A program made the position numbers and the translations under genes. From a virus (taxonomy: Duplodnaviria > Caudoviricetes), in IMG/VR virus record IMGVR_UViG_3300032233_002931, positions 1 through 24,417 of that record: a stretch of 24,417 nucleotides of DNA, one strand, 5' to 3'. This document shows positions 24,389-24,417 of the stretch, piece after piece. The number at the start of each line of letters is the position of its first letter. Position 1 is the stretch's first letter. A model generated the notes under the pieces. That model saw only the letters and a program-made list of their open reading frames with translations, did not search any database and had not been told where the DNA came from.

Positions 24389-24417
24389 TTATATATTACC
24401 ATACTTTTCCTCTTTCC

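Noticed and set aside
1-24417. tRNA, rRNA, intron, intein, homing endonuclease or IS elements
   Set aside because: None were recognised by eye. Intergenic gaps are under about 60 bp except at the right edge, and the long ORFs are uninterrupted.

Overview
This is an AT-rich segment of a large T4-like phage genome, most likely a cyanomyovirus; the host is inferred from gene families and promoter style, not shown directly. Almost every gene is on the minus strand. From 24285 down to 3720 it is a late-expressed tail-fibre/receptor-binding island. It encodes a 1943-aa virion protein, an Ig-plus-glycine-rich protein, a fibre ending in AIALGG with a coupled adaptor-like gene, five more fibres (two are tandem paralogues with different collar/tip modules) and four stand-alone glycine-rich (polyglycine-type) proteins. 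Most fibre genes have a T4-type late promoter core (TAAATA) just upstream. Five 2OG-Fe(II) dioxygenases and a SAM methyltransferase are interleaved, and one oxygenase pair sits behind a perfect TTGACA-17-TATAAT promoter. The left 1.4 kb holds small genes, including an HExxH peptidase and membrane proteins. The most notable unexplained pattern is an apparent plug-and-socket system. Four fibres share a related C-terminal domain. Four divergent glycine-rich proteins share an N-terminal M(A)P..S.(F/I)...KKR peptide and start 1-2 nt after a fibre gene or after each other. A candidate ~60-nt sRNA ending in a C(UUCG)G terminator lies at the right end. All family assignments come from motif recognition by eye; no searches were run.
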